A stretch of 64,000 bases of DNA from Chrysomallon squamiferum (Eukaryota; Animalia; Mollusca): the NCBI GenBank assembly GCA_012295275.1, contig CM022669.1, positions 15,624,001-15,688,000 on the forward strand, read 5' to 3'. Made by a program: the position numbers and the translations under genes. The notes under the pieces were generated by a model. That model did not search any database. It was not told the DNA's origin and was given only the letters and a program-made list of their open reading frames with translations. Shown here one piece after another: positions 13,793 through 41,199 of this stretch. Numbering within the stretch: position 1 is the stretch's first letter; each line of letters begins with the position of its first letter.

Positions 13793-13963
13793 ATTATGTA
13801 ATAATTAAAACAACAGCAGCTGATGATTATGACGATGTCCAATTAAAACGTCCACAGCAACCGTGGATAACAGAAAATATAAATAAATCAAATGAAATTA
13901 AATAAATCAAATATAAAGCAAAACACGATTCTTACTTCGAGGAGATTTCTTTTCAGAACAACC

Positions 13964-14383
13964 ATGAAATCAGTCGTAGTTTTCGTAGCAATCCTACATC
14001 TTCTGTGTCCTGTCGTTATGACGACCATATTCCCGCCGGAGGAGTTATCTTACAAGTACTGGCAGTCGAAACGGAGCGATGACTCGGAAAATTACCTCTC
14101 ATTTTCGAAATGGTCCTGCGGGTGTTGTTTGCAGACCAGAGGAACAAACAGCTTTTGCTGCACTTTGTGTTACGCGGACTCGGACCGGTCCAACAGCGCC
14201 GAGAATAGGTACATTGCCGCATTAGAAAGCAAGAACGGCTACGATTACGACAGAAAGAACAGCGACGAAGACGGAGGAGACGTCAGTCAAATTGTGAAGC
14301 GATTTGATGCCAGCTGCTTCTGTTGTAACGCATCTGGAAGAACATCTTGCTGTTCCAAGTGTGGCAAACAGTTTTTCGGATAA
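13964..14383 (+). CDS. secreted cysteine-rich peptide precursor (139 aa; signal peptide, two 6-Cys peptides, KR/RK sites, C-terminal amidation signal)
   Basis: ACCATGA start just after a splice acceptor. MKSVVVFVAILHLLCPVVMT is a signal-like segment, followed by KR-SDD...SCGCCLQTRGTNSFCCTLC...RK-acidic spacer-KR-FDASCFCCNASGRTSCCSKCGKQFF-G-stop. GC content is well above the flanks. AATAAA at 14840-14845. Confidence 0.85.
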   Translation: MKSVVVFVAILHLLCPVVMTTIFPPEELSYKYWQSKRSDDSENYLSFSKWSCGCCLQTRGTNSFCCTLCYADSDRSNSAENRYIAALESKNGYDYDRKNSDEDGGDVSQIVKRFDASCFCCNASGRTSCCSKCGKQFFG

Positions 14384-14593
14384 TCTGCAGAATGTAGCAG
14401 AAAGTATTTTTTGTTAGTACTACTACTACCACTACGTTACTACTACTACTATTACTTCTATTACTATAGCTACAAACACTACTACTACTACTACTACTAC
14501 TACTCGTAGTGGTAACAGTATTACAATTAATATTATTACTATTCTGCTGCTACGACAGCAAGTAATATTTCAGTCATCGCCACGGATACCACT

Positions 14594-14636
<43 letters not shown>

Positions 14637-15589
14637 TTACTACTAGTCCTACTACTTCTACTACCGCTGCTGCTGATGCTGTTTCTACTACTACTACTGT
14701 TAGTGTGACGGCATTATTATAGTTATTTTTTTTCTAATCCTGTTACTAGTTATGCTATTACAAAGGCACTAGAAAATCATTACAATACATTTTAACAGAT
14801 ATTTAATATGTTTTTAGCGTCACATATATATAAATTGGAAATAAATATGTGCATAATGTTTTGCATTTCATCACTGACTTTTCTTAATAATTTTTTTATA
14901 TTTTATTTTATTTTATTTTATTTTTTTATTTTTTTTTGTTGTTGTTGGGGGATTGATGGTGATAGTGTAGTATAATATGATTTAATTTGCGTTTGGATCA
15001 TTCCACTTTGGGATGAAGTGAACAAACCACAAACCACAAACACACAAACAAACAAACAAACAAACAAACAAACAAACAAGAAGATAAACAAAGAAACAAA
15101 GAAACAGACAGACAAACAAACAACAAACAAACAAATCTCACAAAATCAGTTTTTCAAAGATAATCAACTAGACTGATGTAGCAGTCCCATACTGATCGCC
15201 CTTAATTGCCCAGTTAAGACAGCGCTTTGATCTTTTTGTTATTATTATTATCTTTTTTTTTTTCTATTCCACCATATGTCTCTCAGAAAATGACGCCAAC
15301 GGGGGGAAAAAAAAATATATTTTACTTGTAACATTTCTGAGTAATAAAAATGTTAAAAATTTAATAAATATCTGAAACCTATAATATAAACGTGAAATAA
15401 ACGTGGTTGCCTCCCCTGTAAATGGGAACCAGTACCAAACGTGTATTTATATTTTGTGTCCCATTATTATTCATTTTACAGATTTTGGATTTATTTTAAA
15501 GGCCCGACGAAACAATAAGATTTGATATTCTATTTATGAGTGTTTTGTAATATGGCGAGCGTGCAAAACTATACTCAGTTTTGAATGGG

Positions 15590-15633
<44 letters not shown>

Positions 15634-17039
15634 GTTGTTGTTGTTGTTGTTGTTGTTGTTGTCTTATTTCATCTGAGTTTGTTATGGTGTGAAAACGTCA
15701 TTATTTAATTTTAACTATACCGGTGAAAAAAAAAAAAAAAAAAAAATGATAAAAAAAAAGAAACAAAGAAAGAAAAAAGCAGTCTGTTTTCATCTCGTGA
15801 TGGAGCATCGTTTGATAAAACTCTTTGCTCAACAACCGATGAAACACGGAATGGACAGACAGTTAGTAGTCATAACTTAACAACGTCACAGCAGGAACAA
15901 ATGACGCAAACGGCTTGCACACTTATCCAAATGTGTCCCGCGTGATTTCATCGCTTCAGGTGATTATTTTAGTGCCATTTCGACGAGGCATCATTCGGCA
16001 ATTCCCGTGAGCACCGACAATCAGTCGACAGATTCCGTATCGAACGTCGGTAATGAGACAAATATATTTTTTGTCTGAATCACCAAAACAAAAGTATACT
16101 TAACTAAACATATAATCATAGACAATTACAATGATTGTTTCTAAAAAAAAAGTAAAAAAATAAAAATAAAAAAAGAGCAAAAAAAACCAAAAATAAATAA
16201 ACAAATCACTAGAATATTAATTAACATTTGTTATGGTTGATCGTCATGAAGATCCAATGGAGAAACATCAAAATACGTCTTCCTGAGTTGGCTTTACATG
16301 AAAGTGGATCAGATTTATTTCATAAATTGCTCAGAAATGTAACAGATTAGAAACCAGTCGTTTTACTCATCATTCTTTATTACTAGCAAAAACGGATTGC
16401 GATTAAAGAATAAAATAAGCATTTACTTGTACTAATAAATGAATGTTTTTTCTGCCTGTCTATTCTCACGTAAAAACGAAGGTCAAAATGAACTGTACTT
16501 TTATATGACAAAGGCTGCATATTAACAATCGACTGAAAAAAAATCCCCACACACACACATGCAAATAATAATAAAATAAAATAAAATAAAATACAAAACC
16601 TCATTGGAAAAACAAAAAAAAAAAAAAAAGAACAAAAAATAAACTTAAAAAAAAAAAAAAAATTGCAAACAAAATGAAACAAAGTAAATAATAAGACATT
16701 CAGAATATAAAGAAACAACAACAACAATAGCAACAAAAAAGTCAATTTAATCAAGGTACAATGTACTTCACGGATGGAGATGAAGGGCAGATTTTAATAA
16801 TTATGTAATCAAGTAATGAATATTTCCATTAGGAAATGAAAAAAAAAAAAAATTATTTTCTGCTGGCAGCTATAAAATATATTGTATTTTCTTTGATAAT
16901 TGCTATATACCATTTAGTTCACTGATTCAGTGGCAGTAAGTGTAATTATTATGTCCATTAGCAGGCAGAATACAAACTCTTGATTTCAGATGACATAGCT
17001 GTTAACGACAATGGTTTCAGACTGTAGGTCTATTAGGGA

Positions 17040-17263
<224 letters not shown>

Positions 17264-18155
17264 TAACATAAAACATGTATAGTTATATCACAATTCCATT
17301 TCTTACATTTTAATTTGATTAAATAAAGGCAAAAAATCATGAAACTATATGAAACGACAAAGAAGACAATACTTACATTGAAAAAGAAAACATGTTTTCG
17401 AAAACACTTTATTTTATTACTGTTTCTATGCAATTTATATATACACATTTTTTTTCTCTTTATAAATATTATATTCTAAACATGGCTACCTTGCTGAATT
17501 TAGAGGTAAACATGCAGATACCCAAGGCCTAAAAATAAATAAATAAATAAATAAAAACACTCAGCACTGTATGCACTACACTACATATTAGCCGTATTAT
17601 TTTGCATGTTTCTTCGCAGAAACAAGAAAACATATATCATGGCCTTTCCTAAATGAGTCGCGAAGAATGAGAAACAGCCCTAGAGGAGAATTAAGGAAAA
17701 TTAGTTGTTACAATTATTACATCATATTATACCACTAACGACATATTCGGCTACCAAATCTTTCACGAGACATCCAGAAACCTGCTTTAGAAGTGGACTA
17801 ATTTGTATCTGTTTAACACAGTTTCCTTCTTTACTTTTCTTTTTTTACTTTATTTTTTATATTTAAAAAAAATTATTTACTTATTTTATTTTATTTATTT
17901 TTTATTTTATTTTAAATAATTTAATAAACCTTGGTGGTCCACAAAGCAGAACATCCACAAACTCGGCTGATCTTTGGTCCCAGGTGCACCTGTATTTATT
18001 TCACTTGCAGTTTTGGCTTTAATAAGTTTATAATTCCAAAAAGAAACACCAGTTCTTTAGTATCTTTGTCTTGCTTAAATTATTCATCAATTTATTAAGT
18101 ACGAGTTTTTTTTTTTAAAAAGTCGGTTGTCTAATAAACAGATAAAAGTATTATT

Positions 18156-24593
<6,438 letters not shown>

Positions 24594-24830
24594 CCTGTAC
24601 GAGAGACAATAGGAAAATACACACAGACAGACAGACAGAGAGACCAATATAGAGACAAAGATATGGCCATACAGACATACAGACATACGGACATCCGAAC
24701 ATACATACATACATACGCACACATACATACGTACGTACATACATACATAAATACAAACATACATACTTGCATATGTACATGCATACATATATAGATAGAT
24801 AGACAGACAGACACATAGATGGACATATAT

Positions 24831-24882
<52 letters not shown>

Positions 24883-25453
24883 GTAGACAAACAGGTAGGT
24901 AGACAAGCAATAGATAGGTAAGTGCATAGAGATAAAAAAAATATATATAGTGAAAGAGAAAGAAAGAAAAACAAATATCTTAGAAAATCATCTTACCTTA
25001 ATGCTTTCAAAAAACATACAAACGTGCGAAATAAAATAATATCTTATCTGTTTATTAGCGTGGTAAAGAGTAAATGAAAGTAAATTGAGAACATGCACCG
25101 AATACATATTTATCAGTAAAAAACAATTCTCCAGATTTTTCTTCATTAATAATACGATATTTCCTGCTTTGTCACTGTAGGTTCCTAAATGATATTTTGA
25201 TTGGTATAAGTATTATAGACATGTATTTTGATTGGTATAATTACAGAAAAAAAATCTCTCCTTATGTTATCAGCAACAATACAGTTTTAGCTAAAGCTAA
25301 CTGGAAAACAAATAAATAAAGAGGCTGCTTGAGTTTTTTCTAGTAAGAAAAAAGAAAGAGAATAATAATTTTAAAAAGAACTAAAGAGCGAAAGAGAGAT
25401 AAAGAATGATAAAGACTTAAAGAAGGAGAAAGAATGGGAACGAGAGTGGATGA

Positions 25454-25539
<86 letters not shown>

Positions 25540-26652
25540 ACTAAAGCAGCAAGATAAAAAAGAAAAGTAAGATAGAGATAAAGAGACAGACAGAAGAGAG
25601 AAAACAAAATAAACAAAAACAAAGCAACAACAACAACAACAACAATCAAACAGGGAAGACGAAAGTGACATTACTCAGTCCATGAGTAGAACAGGAAAAC
25701 AAAAACCACAACAACAACAACAAAAAAAAGGAATGTAAAACACATCAGTGAAATTTTACGTAACTGAAATCTCATAGCGAGTTACGCTGCACAGTTAAAA
25801 CGAGACTTACCTTTCACAACAGACCTCTCCATCTTGTCGAGTCCGCACAGCCGATTTCTGCAACAAAACAAGACAGTTATGAAGCCAGTCGTCGGAAATC
25901 CGGTAAAACTATTACCTAATTCATTCACTTTTAGCATGGCCTTTTCTTAATTTATCGTTCTACTTATCTATTAATCAGACTTTTTATTTTTTTGTATCGG
26001 AAGTGTTCGCTGCAAGCTTTAACCCTAACGTACCTATTTCGTGATCGCGTTTTTCTAAAAATAGTTAATTCATTGGACATTAGATTGGTACTTCTAATGC
26101 TGATTACAAAAAAAAAAAAAAAAAAAGGAAGGAAAAATATCTTTCCTACTTTTTTTTTTTTTTAACGTTATCTGAACTAATTCCTGTTCGTTATCAGACA
26201 TCAATTTTGTTTTTTTTTACAGATAAAAAGAAATTGACATTTACAATAATAGGCGGAGAAAAAAAAACCGACTAATATAATATTATGAACTATTCTGAAA
26301 AGTACTTCAGTATTTTGTGTAGTTATATTAAAAACGAAGGTTGTTTTGAACAGAGGAAAGCTTATTGTTTCTTTTGAAGATGTAAGCAAAGTGAAGGATG
26401 TAGATATTAATTAAAAAATATTATGGAAAGTGAAAACAAAAGTAAATAAATAAAAATTCAAATAAATAAACGGAACATAGATCGGTGAATGTTAAATAAG
26501 AAATAAATAGGAGATATCCTCTCGAATTAGAAAAAAATATATACATGATTTAAAAATTCAAATAAAATGTTTAGAAATATAAATAATAAAAGAAATTAAG
26601 CCGTGTGTGAAAAGGTATTGATTGAAATAACATAATGCAATAACATCAACAA

Positions 26653-26683
<31 letters not shown>

Positions 26684-26717
26684 ATGCAAATTAATAAAAA
26701 AATGAAGAATCCCCAAC

Positions 26718-26762
<45 letters not shown>

Positions 26763-27843
26763 CTAAATCAGCAAATTCACCGTACTTCATAAGAACGTTC
26801 ATACTCGCACTTGTATTTGCAGCAAGAATTACCTGACACAAGATTAATCAGTACACTTTAGCATTTCAGGTAACCGACCATTTATCCGGCTTCCGAATAA
26901 AACAAAAGAAAACAAAAACAACAACAACAACAACACAACAAAAACACTCAGCCAAAAAACTCACGAGCAATATATGTAAAAACCGGCTTTTAAAAATGTA
27001 TTAATTTGTTAAATACAAATTTCAAATGTCTTATATATATAAATGATTTATTACCCATATTAACAAAATAAACTCTAACCTCAGGTTTCTTCCTGGTAAT
27101 TCTGTTATTTTCTTTTTTCGAGCAGTATCACTTAGTTTTTGTTCTTCAGATCACGAGACACACTCAAGGCATGTAAAGTACACACGGTTCTTCCTTGAAA
27201 TGTAGGACTTTTAATTGAATCTTGATGGCCAACGCGAGTAATAAGTGCATTTGTTTTCAAGGAAATAATGTCGCTTTATTAACTGCTATTTGCAAATACA
27301 TACTTTTTTAATTAACTTCAAGAACCCTTAATTGTCAAAGAAACGATAGTACATTCGGTTCCTGGACATCTTGTTATTTATTTCTAAGAGATCAGTAATG
27401 GTCAGTTATCAGTAGTAAAGCCAGATATTTTGTTAAATAAATGTCAACGCTAGGTTTTATAGAGAACTAATATAATCTGAGTTAGTAGCAGAATCGCACT
27501 GTATGAGTTTAGAAATAATCATCTGAAACCGAATACACACACACAACACACGCACATACACACAAACACACACAGAAATACACACAATATAATAATAATA
27601 ATAATAAAACAATGGCTGATTTATTGATATTAACAAATATAAATATATATACACACACACACACATACACGTACACATGTTTTTCATTATGTCTTGTTTA
27701 TAACTGACTGATGTTGAATATGATACCATTGTCAACCACTGAGCTACAAGAAATAAAATAACTAAATAAATATAATAGATAAATAAATAAATAAAATAAA
27801 ATAAAATAAAATAAAATTAAATTAAATTAATAATAATAATAAT

Positions 27844-27881
<38 letters not shown>

Positions 27882-28323
27882 AAAATAAATTGTCGTATAT
27901 TTTGAAACATAATGAATAATGATCATTTATTTTTTTGAATTGTTAGTTTGGTTTTTTTTCTTTTCTTTTCTTTTTTAATTGTTATCATTAATTTCAATTC
28001 CGTATCTTCATCACTGTCATCATTGTTGCCATTATGACAAAAAAAAAAAAAAATAATAATAATAATAATAAAAATAAAAATAAATCTCTACGACTTATTA
28101 AGCTTTATGCTACAAACTGAAAACAGGAGAATTAATCTTTGTTGAGTGACATATTTACATGAACGATTTGCAATCAAGAAAAAACAAACAACTACATCTG
28201 TGTTTATAGGTTTAAATAATCTAAGTAGTTATAAACAAAGCTAACCTAACGTGATTTTTTAAATATTTTGTAAGGATAAAACAAATTCTAGTAAATACTG
28301 GATTACATATATATTTACATATC

Positions 28324-28357
<34 letters not shown>

Positions 28358-29099
28358 TGTATGTATGTATGTATGTATGTATGTATGTATGTATGTATAT
28401 ATATATGCATGGATGTATGTATGTATGTATGTATTTATGTACGTATGTAGGTATGTATATGTATAAATATATAAATGAATAAATATAGATAATGAAACTA
28501 TGATCTCAGAAAATCTTCATTTATAAATATCATATTCGTCCAATGCATGTGTTTCAGGCACAAAAAGATAAACGCAGATTTTGTATTGTCGTTTTTTAAT
28601 TTGTTATCAGTGTGGTTTCATATTATAACACATTGTTTGTAATTCCAGTGGAAGTATATAATAAAACGGTGAAGAGCAAATATTGTACGAATTCTTTTAA
28701 TAAAAAGGGGACAAAACAACAAAAATAGGTAATGATGAAAATGCCGATGTCAGTTCTCATGGTAATAGAATAATAAATCGATGTTAAAATATGTAAACTG
28801 TATTTATGGTAAACACACATACACACATACACACACACGCACACACACACACACACAAACACACACATACAACTATATATATGCGATATATACACACATG
28901 TATTTATAGTACTCACACACATGTATTAACAGTATATAATTTTACGCATGAGTATAGTCACTGTTGTGTTACTTTGAAAGTCTGATAATTTATTCATTAT
29001 GCCAGTGACACCAGTGAAGGTCTTTGATGTGTCTGTATGCATGTGTGTATGTACGTATATATGCATATATTTTAAGGTTTGGATATTTTCTGAGGACAA

Positions 29100-29190
29100 A
29101 GTCCAATCACGACCTCACAAACCCCGTCAGATGTCGCTGACGAGATTCGAACGTATGATACCCACTCGCCCACACTCCGAAGATGTATGT
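29100..29190 (-). mobile_element. possible tRNA-derived SINE remnant
   Basis: The minus strand has a B-box-like GTTCGAATCTC in a short GC-richer island between (CA)/(TA) repeats. No A-box or cloverleaf is recognisable. Confidence 0.25.
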
Positions 29191-29344
29191 GTGTGTGTGT
29201 GTATATATGTATGTATCGTTCTGTCTATCTTCCTGTGTATATAAGGATTACTTTTGTGTTCTTTTCTACATACATGCTTATATGTGGAGGCTGAAAAATA
29301 TAAATGTTTTTGTGTTGTTTTAAACACGTATACATGTGGTTGTA

Positions 29345-29391
<47 letters not shown>

Positions 29392-29674
29392 CTTATGGTT
29401 TTGTATTTCATAAATACGTATATGTGTGTAGTGATGTAAAATATAAATATATAATTATATTTTAATTACGTTTGTATGTAATGTTGTTGTGCGAATTAAA
29501 AGGGCGTACATGATTTTTTTTCCCCCCTGTTATAAATGTGTCAATATATATATATATATATGAATGATTGTTACTATTTACATAAGCGAAGTATGACATT
29601 ATATGTTATAAATATAGTGCAATTGTTCTGAATTATATAATTAAATGCAAATATTTGTGAATAAGCAATCTGTC

Positions 29675-36286
<6,612 letters not shown>

Positions 36287-37228
36287 TATGATGAATCTAT
36301 GTAGACTTTCAGTACATGACGTTGACACCGTACCTGATGATGACGATATTTATGACGACGACGACGACGATGATAAATAATTAAAGAGACAACGTAAGGT
36401 AACGAACATAGAATACTGCTTCTACCTTTACCATTACTGTTACTGCTACTGTTACCACTTTAGTTACAGTTCTTCTTCTTCTTCTTCTTTTGCTTATTAT
36501 TATTATTATTATTATTAGTAGTAGTAGTAGTAGTAATAGCAGTAGTAGTAATAGAACTAGTGGTAGTCGTACTAGTAGTACAAAGAAATAAAACGGTGAA
36601 ATATCAGTCAATACTAGTAGTAGTACGAGTAGTAGTTGTAGTAGTAGTAGTAGCAGCAGCAGTAGTAGTAGTAGTAATAGTAGTAGTAGAAAGTAATAGC
36701 AGTAGTCGCAGAAATATCTGTCGTAGAAACCGAAGTAGTATTAGTATTAGAAATGATTAAAATGCGGTTGTAATACACATTATTGAGATAATTTTTATTT
36801 ATACCTGAAATGGAAATAAAAACTTGGATCACACTGAGTTTAAAGAAGTATCTTTCAGTTACGTTCTTATAACAGTACACTGCACTCCAATAACGAGTTA
36901 TAGTATTGGATGCTTTTAGAAATAAACGTACTAACTCACGTATTGATTATAAACGGGACTGCCGATGTATATATGTAACGATGTTCAGTATCAATTAAAT
37001 GATTCTCGAATGGATTGCGTTTTTAATTAACAAACATTTCTAAGAAGTAATTGTAGAAAGGAAGAAGAACAAAAGAAAAATAGTAAGAGAAAAAAATTAG
37101 AAAACAATTATTAAATTAATTTTAATATGAACAGTAATGTATTTTATCGTATTTAAATCCGATGATTTAATTTTATAGAAATGTTACTGTTATTTTTTTA
37201 CCACTACTACTATTACTACTACTACTAA

Positions 37229-37262
<34 letters not shown>

Positions 37263-38287
37263 TAATAATTATTATTATTATTATTATTATAATTATTATT
37301 ATACAGTGTTAGCAGAGATAGTAATAGTTACAGCTGTAGCCATTATAATGTGATTTATTCTGAAACTGACTGTTATAGCTTATAGAATACATATTTTTAC
37401 ATTTATTCAGTAAAAATAAACGTTATACTGGCTGTATTTTTCGAGTACACAATTAGTCTTAGAAAAAAAAAAAAAAAATACTCTGACAAAATACTATGAT
37501 CTAGCAAAAACAAAAAATAAAAATAAAAATAAAAATAAAAATAAATAAAAAATAAAAATAATAAAATTATATATATTTGAAAATCGTTTTTAATACATTA
37601 ACAGTTATAATTCACGACACCTGCTCGATTTTTATCACACACGTAAACTACCTTTGCGGCAAATAGCCCTATCATTTTCCACTGTTGTTTTAATACTGTG
37701 GAAACGTCGAGGACAGACGTCTCAAAATGGTGTTATAATATCCCAGCTGCGAAAAGTATATATATATATATATATTTATATAAATAAAATATTCTCTTAC
37801 CTTTTATAGCGAACTCATCCACGATGAAAATCCCCCGTTACTCTTTGGCTATCAGTGATGGCGTTTAACAACAGACAAATTAGCTAATTTCCGAAGCAAG
37901 CATAGCTAATGTAGTTTGGATACATCGATTTCTAGCCTTATACTAATTTTTTTTTTTTTTTTTTTTTAGGAATCTTTTATTCTGTACAAAACTCTACAAG
38001 ACAGCAGTTTATTGGATCGCCGATTACTTTGTGTATCTTTTGTTCTTCTTTAAAAAAATAAAAATAATATACATACATACATACACACACACGTTATCTA
38101 TATATTTACATACATACATACATATATATTTGTGAATGTTTATGATGTTTTTGACGTTATCTATGTGATATTATGATCAAAAAATATAAATATACCATGT
38201 AGGTATTTACTCACGTTTGTACGCATGTGGGTGTGTATGTATATTTATATGCATGTATGTATGTATTTATGAGTGTATATATATATA

Positions 38288-38497
38288 AATTTAAATTACA
38301 AAACAGAAGAAAACAAAACAAACGAATGACTAAATGAATGAATGAAAACAAATATTTAAAAATATGTATGTATGTATGTATATATAATAAACAAACACAC
38401 AAACAAATAAATACCACAAAATATATATATATATATATAAATAAATAAATAAATAAATAAATAAATATATATATGAAAATAAAAAGGTAAGTACACA

Positions 38498-38561
<64 letters not shown>

Positions 38562-38608
38562 GATATATGTACATACATATATATATATATATATACATAC
38601 ACTTACAG

Positions 38609-38656
<48 letters not shown>

Positions 38657-39314
38657 CTGTGTGTGTCTGCATGACGATTCATCGAAAAGACACTAAGAAC
38701 GGGATCATCGAAGCATCAGTCTTTGAATCAATTAAAACTCAAATAGTTATTAATATTTCAGAATACAACATCGTCGCCAAACATCGACGGCTTGGAGAAC
38801 TGCTTTGGCTTAAAAGACACGAATGATTTGATTTCACGACAAAATAATTCATTTTCAAGTCGTAATCCATTCATTAGAGACAGTGCCACAAAAAAAGCGT
38901 ATTTTTCAAAGTCCAAGTTAGGCAATACGAAATACATAAAAATTCATGGCGTATGTAACATCAATATTTCTGAGTTTATAGTAGCATCTGCTGACAGTTT
39001 TGAAAAAAGAAAAATTTTTTTGCTGTGAATGATTTTGTTTCAAACAGTTTGTGTGGAAATGAACACCACAACGGATAATACTTTCAATGAAATTCACGTA
39101 GGTAGAATATTGAAATTGTTACTATTGTGAACGTTTATTCGAAATGTTTCTCGTCTTTAGAAGAAAATGTTCTACTTACCGCATTTGTAGCAGATAAAAA
39201 CAAGAATAATCATTTAAATTACAAAAACAGAAGAAAACAAAGCAAACGAATGACTAAATGAATGAATGAAAACAAATATTTAAAAATATCTAAGTCAGAG
39301 AGTGAGTAAGTAAG

Positions 39315-39349
<35 letters not shown>

Positions 39350-39602
39350 ACAAACAAACATACAAACAAATAAATACCACAAAAATAAGTAAGTAAGCAG
39401 ATAAATAAATAAATAAATAAATAAACAAACAAACACACAAACAAATAAATACCACAACAATAAGTAAGTGAGCAAATAAATAAATAAATAAACAAACACA
39501 AAAACAAATAAATACCACAAAAATAAGTAAGTGAGCAAATAAATAAATAAATAAACAAACACAAAAACAAATAAATTCCACAAAAATAAGTAAGTAAGCA
39601 GA

Positions 39603-39637
<35 letters not shown>

Positions 39638-39690
39638 AACCAAGTACTATGAAAATAAAAAGGTAAGTAAGCAAATAAATAAATAAAAAC
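38288..39690. repeat. duplicated A-rich segment plus ~60-bp tandem repeat
   Basis: ATTTAAATTACAAAA(A)CAGAAGAAAACAAA...CGAATGACTAAATGAATGAATGAAAACAAATATTTAAAAATAT at about 38289-38365 and 39212-39289. The ACAAATAAATACCACAAAAATAAGTAAG unit repeats about 4 times in 39360-39610. Confidence 0.8.
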
Positions 39691-39972
39691 GTAAAAGATG
39701 CATGATAAATCTATCATCGATCTTTAAGTTATCGATGAACTATCGCCGTAGTTTCTTACGCATTTTCATCTCAGTTTCCTAACTGTTACGACTGTTTTAG
39801 TTAAAATGGCCTGCGCTTTGGCTTTCTTTGTCGCACACAATAACGTTTGTTTGATCTTGACTCTGTGACACTGACAGTTTATTCTATCTAAAGTATTCTC
39901 CTTATTTCGCTACCATTTTGTTTCTACCATCCCGTTCACACTCCGCCATTCTTGTTCCGTTTATTTCCACAG

Positions 39973-40551
39973 GTCGTAGCTGAAAGTGAAACACACTGCA
40001 AGATTCGCCAGATCTCCGAAAACGGCGAAGCTAGGGATTCCTGGATACGGAGGGAAGAGCTCGTGATGTCCCTTCCTGAAGCAGCGCCCCCTGGACACCT
40101 AGCAGCTGAAATGGACTATTTTCTTTCCAGAATAGCTCTGGAAGTGAAGAAATGTCTTCATCCGACGCTGGGAATAAACAGCTACATCTGCATTCGAATA
40201 GACACGTTCACAGAGGTCTACGACAGATGCTTCCGAAACGCGGGTCTTCGAGTTGCAGGCGACGGCTGCTGGCACAAACTCTTCACAGACCATGTCCAAC
40301 TGGAAGGTCTGCTGGGAAAGAACTGGAGTGTTCGTCTGTTAAACAGGAGTGGCGTGTTCTGTTACGTGATCCCAGGCACGTTCAGACTCAGCCTGCGCTG
40401 TCACCCTCCTGTCAAGGAGTACGTGTGGTGTGATGTTGGCTTCGTCACGAAATGGTCGTGGAAAGGCGTGTACTGTCAAGTAGAGTTTGAAAGAGAATTC
40501 GGCGTCGGCAGAGATTACTTTGATCTCAAGTGGAAAGATCCTGGATACTAA
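39973..40551 (+). CDS. orphan terminal coding exon (192 aa), uncharacterised protein; upstream exon not identified
   Basis: Stop-free GC-rich frame with complex protein-like composition. Strong in-frame acceptor TTATTTCCACAG|GTC at 39972/39973 and TAA at 40549-40551. Confidence 0.6.
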   Translation, partial: VVAESETHCKIRQISENGEARDSWIRREELVMSLPEAAPPGHLAAEMDYFLSRIALEVKKCLHPTLGINSYICIRIDTFTEVYDRCFRNAGLRVAGDGCWHKLFTDHVQLEGLLGKNWSVRLLNRSGVFCYVIPGTFRLSLRCHPPVKEYVWCDVGFVTKWSWKGVYCQVEFEREFGVGRDYFDLKWKDPGY

Positions 40552-41161
40552 AAGAACTGTAATGTTCTCTGTATATATATAATTTCTGTTCTTTTATCTA
40601 TTAATCATTGGAATTAATGAAATCTCTCGCTGTTTTTTTTGTTTTGTTTTTTTTATCTTTGTGTATGTTTGTGTTTCCTGTTATCTCCCTTTATTCGATT
40701 CTATTTTGTATGCAGACTTTATATTTGAATATCGAACATCATTTATATATCGTACTTCGTATATATATATATATATATAATTTGTGTGCGGAAATGTGTA
40801 TGTAGATAAATTTGGACGTATGATATTCAAATATGATATTTGTTTAGGTGTCTTTGTATGTATTTTTATTTGCAAGAACATTCACAAACGCATACAAATA
40901 TGTACTTTGTGTTAGAAAGATTCATTATAACAACAACAGCAACAACAACTACTACTACTACTGCCACTATTACCACCACCATTGCTAATACTACTAGTAT
41001 TACTACTATTCTTTCTGTCACTAGTATTATCTCTAAAAGATAAGTTAAAAAAAACCTAATAACGATAGAAAGAAAGAAAATAACAACAACACCAGCAAAT
41101 TAAATTAAATATATACAAAAAAAAATTAAAGTAATAAATAAAATAAAACAACAACAGAAAG

Positions 41162-41199
<38 letters not shown>

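Noticed and set aside
13892-13963. N-terminal 24-aa extension of the Cys-rich ORF in the ORF track
   Set aside because: It spans a polypyrimidine tract and AG acceptor (13956). The signal peptide begins at ATG 13964, which is in good Kozak context.
14290-14383. Calling the peptide a hepcidin, conotoxin or insulin
   Set aside because: It has only 6 Cys with different spacing from 8-Cys hepcidin, no insulin A/B-chain pattern, and no recognisable conotoxin signal superfamily. The resemblance is superficial without a database search.
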